The position numbers and the translations under genes were made by a program. The notes under the pieces are model-generated. The model was not told the origin of the DNA, ran no database searches, and was given only the letters and a program-made list of their open reading frames with translations. Below, piece after piece: positions 62,843 through 64,000 of a stretch of DNA of 64,000 nucleotides. The stretch's first letter is position 1. The number at the start of each line of letters is the position of its first letter. Source of the DNA: Macrostomum lignano. Its lineage: Eukaryota. The stretch lies in contig NIVC01001449.1 in the NCBI GenBank assembly GCA_002269645.1, positions 186,001 through 250,000 of the forward strand. The letters are read 5' to 3'.

Positions 62843-62873
<31 letters not shown>
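62395..62873 (+). mobile_element. 5'-truncated RTE-clade LINE 3' end with (GTT)n tail
   Basis: SETWTLTATLERQLDSAHSGLLRAAF..RRRLQLAGHVIRAE..RRGQARTRRYVDCL matches the RTE RT C-terminal pattern; stop at 62788; GTT tail 62835-62873. Confidence 0.8.
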
Positions 62874-64000
62874 AACTTCCCTTGGTTTTAACCTCCTAGC
62901 TGTTGCGTCTCGTCTGGACTGATCGTCCGTGACTGCATCCGCCGGAGTGACTATCCAACGACCACCGTGCCAATCAGCCCTGCTCATCGGCCGCATCTGC
63001 AAGGTAATTCTTTCTCAGTTGCGCTGCCCTTGGGTATAGTCAGCCCGGTCTCCCCCTATTGCTCATCATCCCTAATTTCTTCAATAATAACTTATTAATT
63101 CCGTTTTAATAATTAACCGAGCGGTTAAGGCCAAGTTCAGGACCAGTAATCCAGGACATTAGCTATCCAACTCGTTTGCTTCTGTCTGTTTACTTATTTA
63201 CTGAGACGTTGGTATGAAATGTGAGTAGTGAGTGCGCCGGCCGCAGGGCATGAAGAGAAAGCTGAGGATTAGAGTGAAAGATCAGTGAGTATGAGCCGAA
63301 TTTAACCAAATAATCATAGCAGTAACAGTACTTTTAAATAAGTTCCCGTAGGATGTGCACCACGAGAGAGCCCTGGGACCTGCATGCACTTCTCCATCCC
63401 CTGCTGCATCGAACCCACACCTAGGAGGAAAGGCATTAGGATGACGTTATTTATTATCCACCCTAGGAATCCTGGGGCATAGAAGGGCATTGTAGTCTAA
63501 GAGTCCCGTCTCGTTAGTGGGAGTTTTTACCGGATGTACTCCTGCACAGGTGACTGCTGCATGGCGGCCGCGCCTCTGGATGGCGTGTCCTTCAAACAAC
63601 TTCAGCTACCGCACCATCCAGAGGCGGACAAAGTCTAAGGGATAAGGCCTGGTGGCTGTACCTTTCAGCGCTATAGCCCAGGGGTTTGCACAGGTCAGCA
63701 TGCAGCATAGGTTACATATACGTCAGATGCAAATAATAGATCTTGAGTGAAATTTATCATGTATATCGAATTCTCATTTTGTACAATTCTCGGGCAGGAG
63801 ACAGGAAATAGATTGTATGTATTCCAGTGCTAGGGCAATAAATGCTTGAGTGACTTGTTTATTGACCGAGGCGAATGGTATAAAATGGGGAATATTATAT
63901 GTATCCCTCAGTTGAATAGCATAAAGTACAAAGCTAAAAGCAAAAGTGGCCATTGACACTAGAATTAAGGTACTGTACCGCTAAATGAAAGACGCGCTCG

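Overview
Repeat-rich animal (invertebrate) genomic DNA; flatworm-like by inference only, since the species cannot be shown from sequence. Two host genes are supported: a three-exon rhodopsin-class peptide GPCR (928-13307, intron 1 about 10 kb) and a single-exon adenosine-receptor-like GPCR (57290-58369). The rest is mostly mobile DNA and tandem repeat. An intact, recent Ngaro/DIRS tyrosine-recombinase retrotransposon with split direct repeats sits in GPCR intron 1. There is also a Tc1/mariner relic, two tRNA-SINE families, an internally deleted P-superfamily element with a THAP exon pair, and a 15.1-kb array of 9-bp units. A Mag-like Gypsy has its 5' LTR split by a head-to-tail pair of non-autonomous Helitrons carrying satellites and TTAGGG. 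A decayed second Ngaro is interrupted by a second Gypsy that holds a 178-bp copy of that Ngaro's recombinase gene. MITEs and an RTE LINE 3' end are also present. Main lead: the intact Ngaro recombinase ORF has no usable AUG. A consensus phase-1 donor in gag and a consensus phase-1 acceptor before the recombinase predict a spliced SAP-domain-recombinase fusion, and the divergent second Ngaro has a strong acceptor at the same position and phase. The same element has an A_AAA_AAC -1 slippery site plus a TGATG overlap at the gag/pol junction. The giant ORFs over 17.9-33 kb are treated as repeat artefacts.
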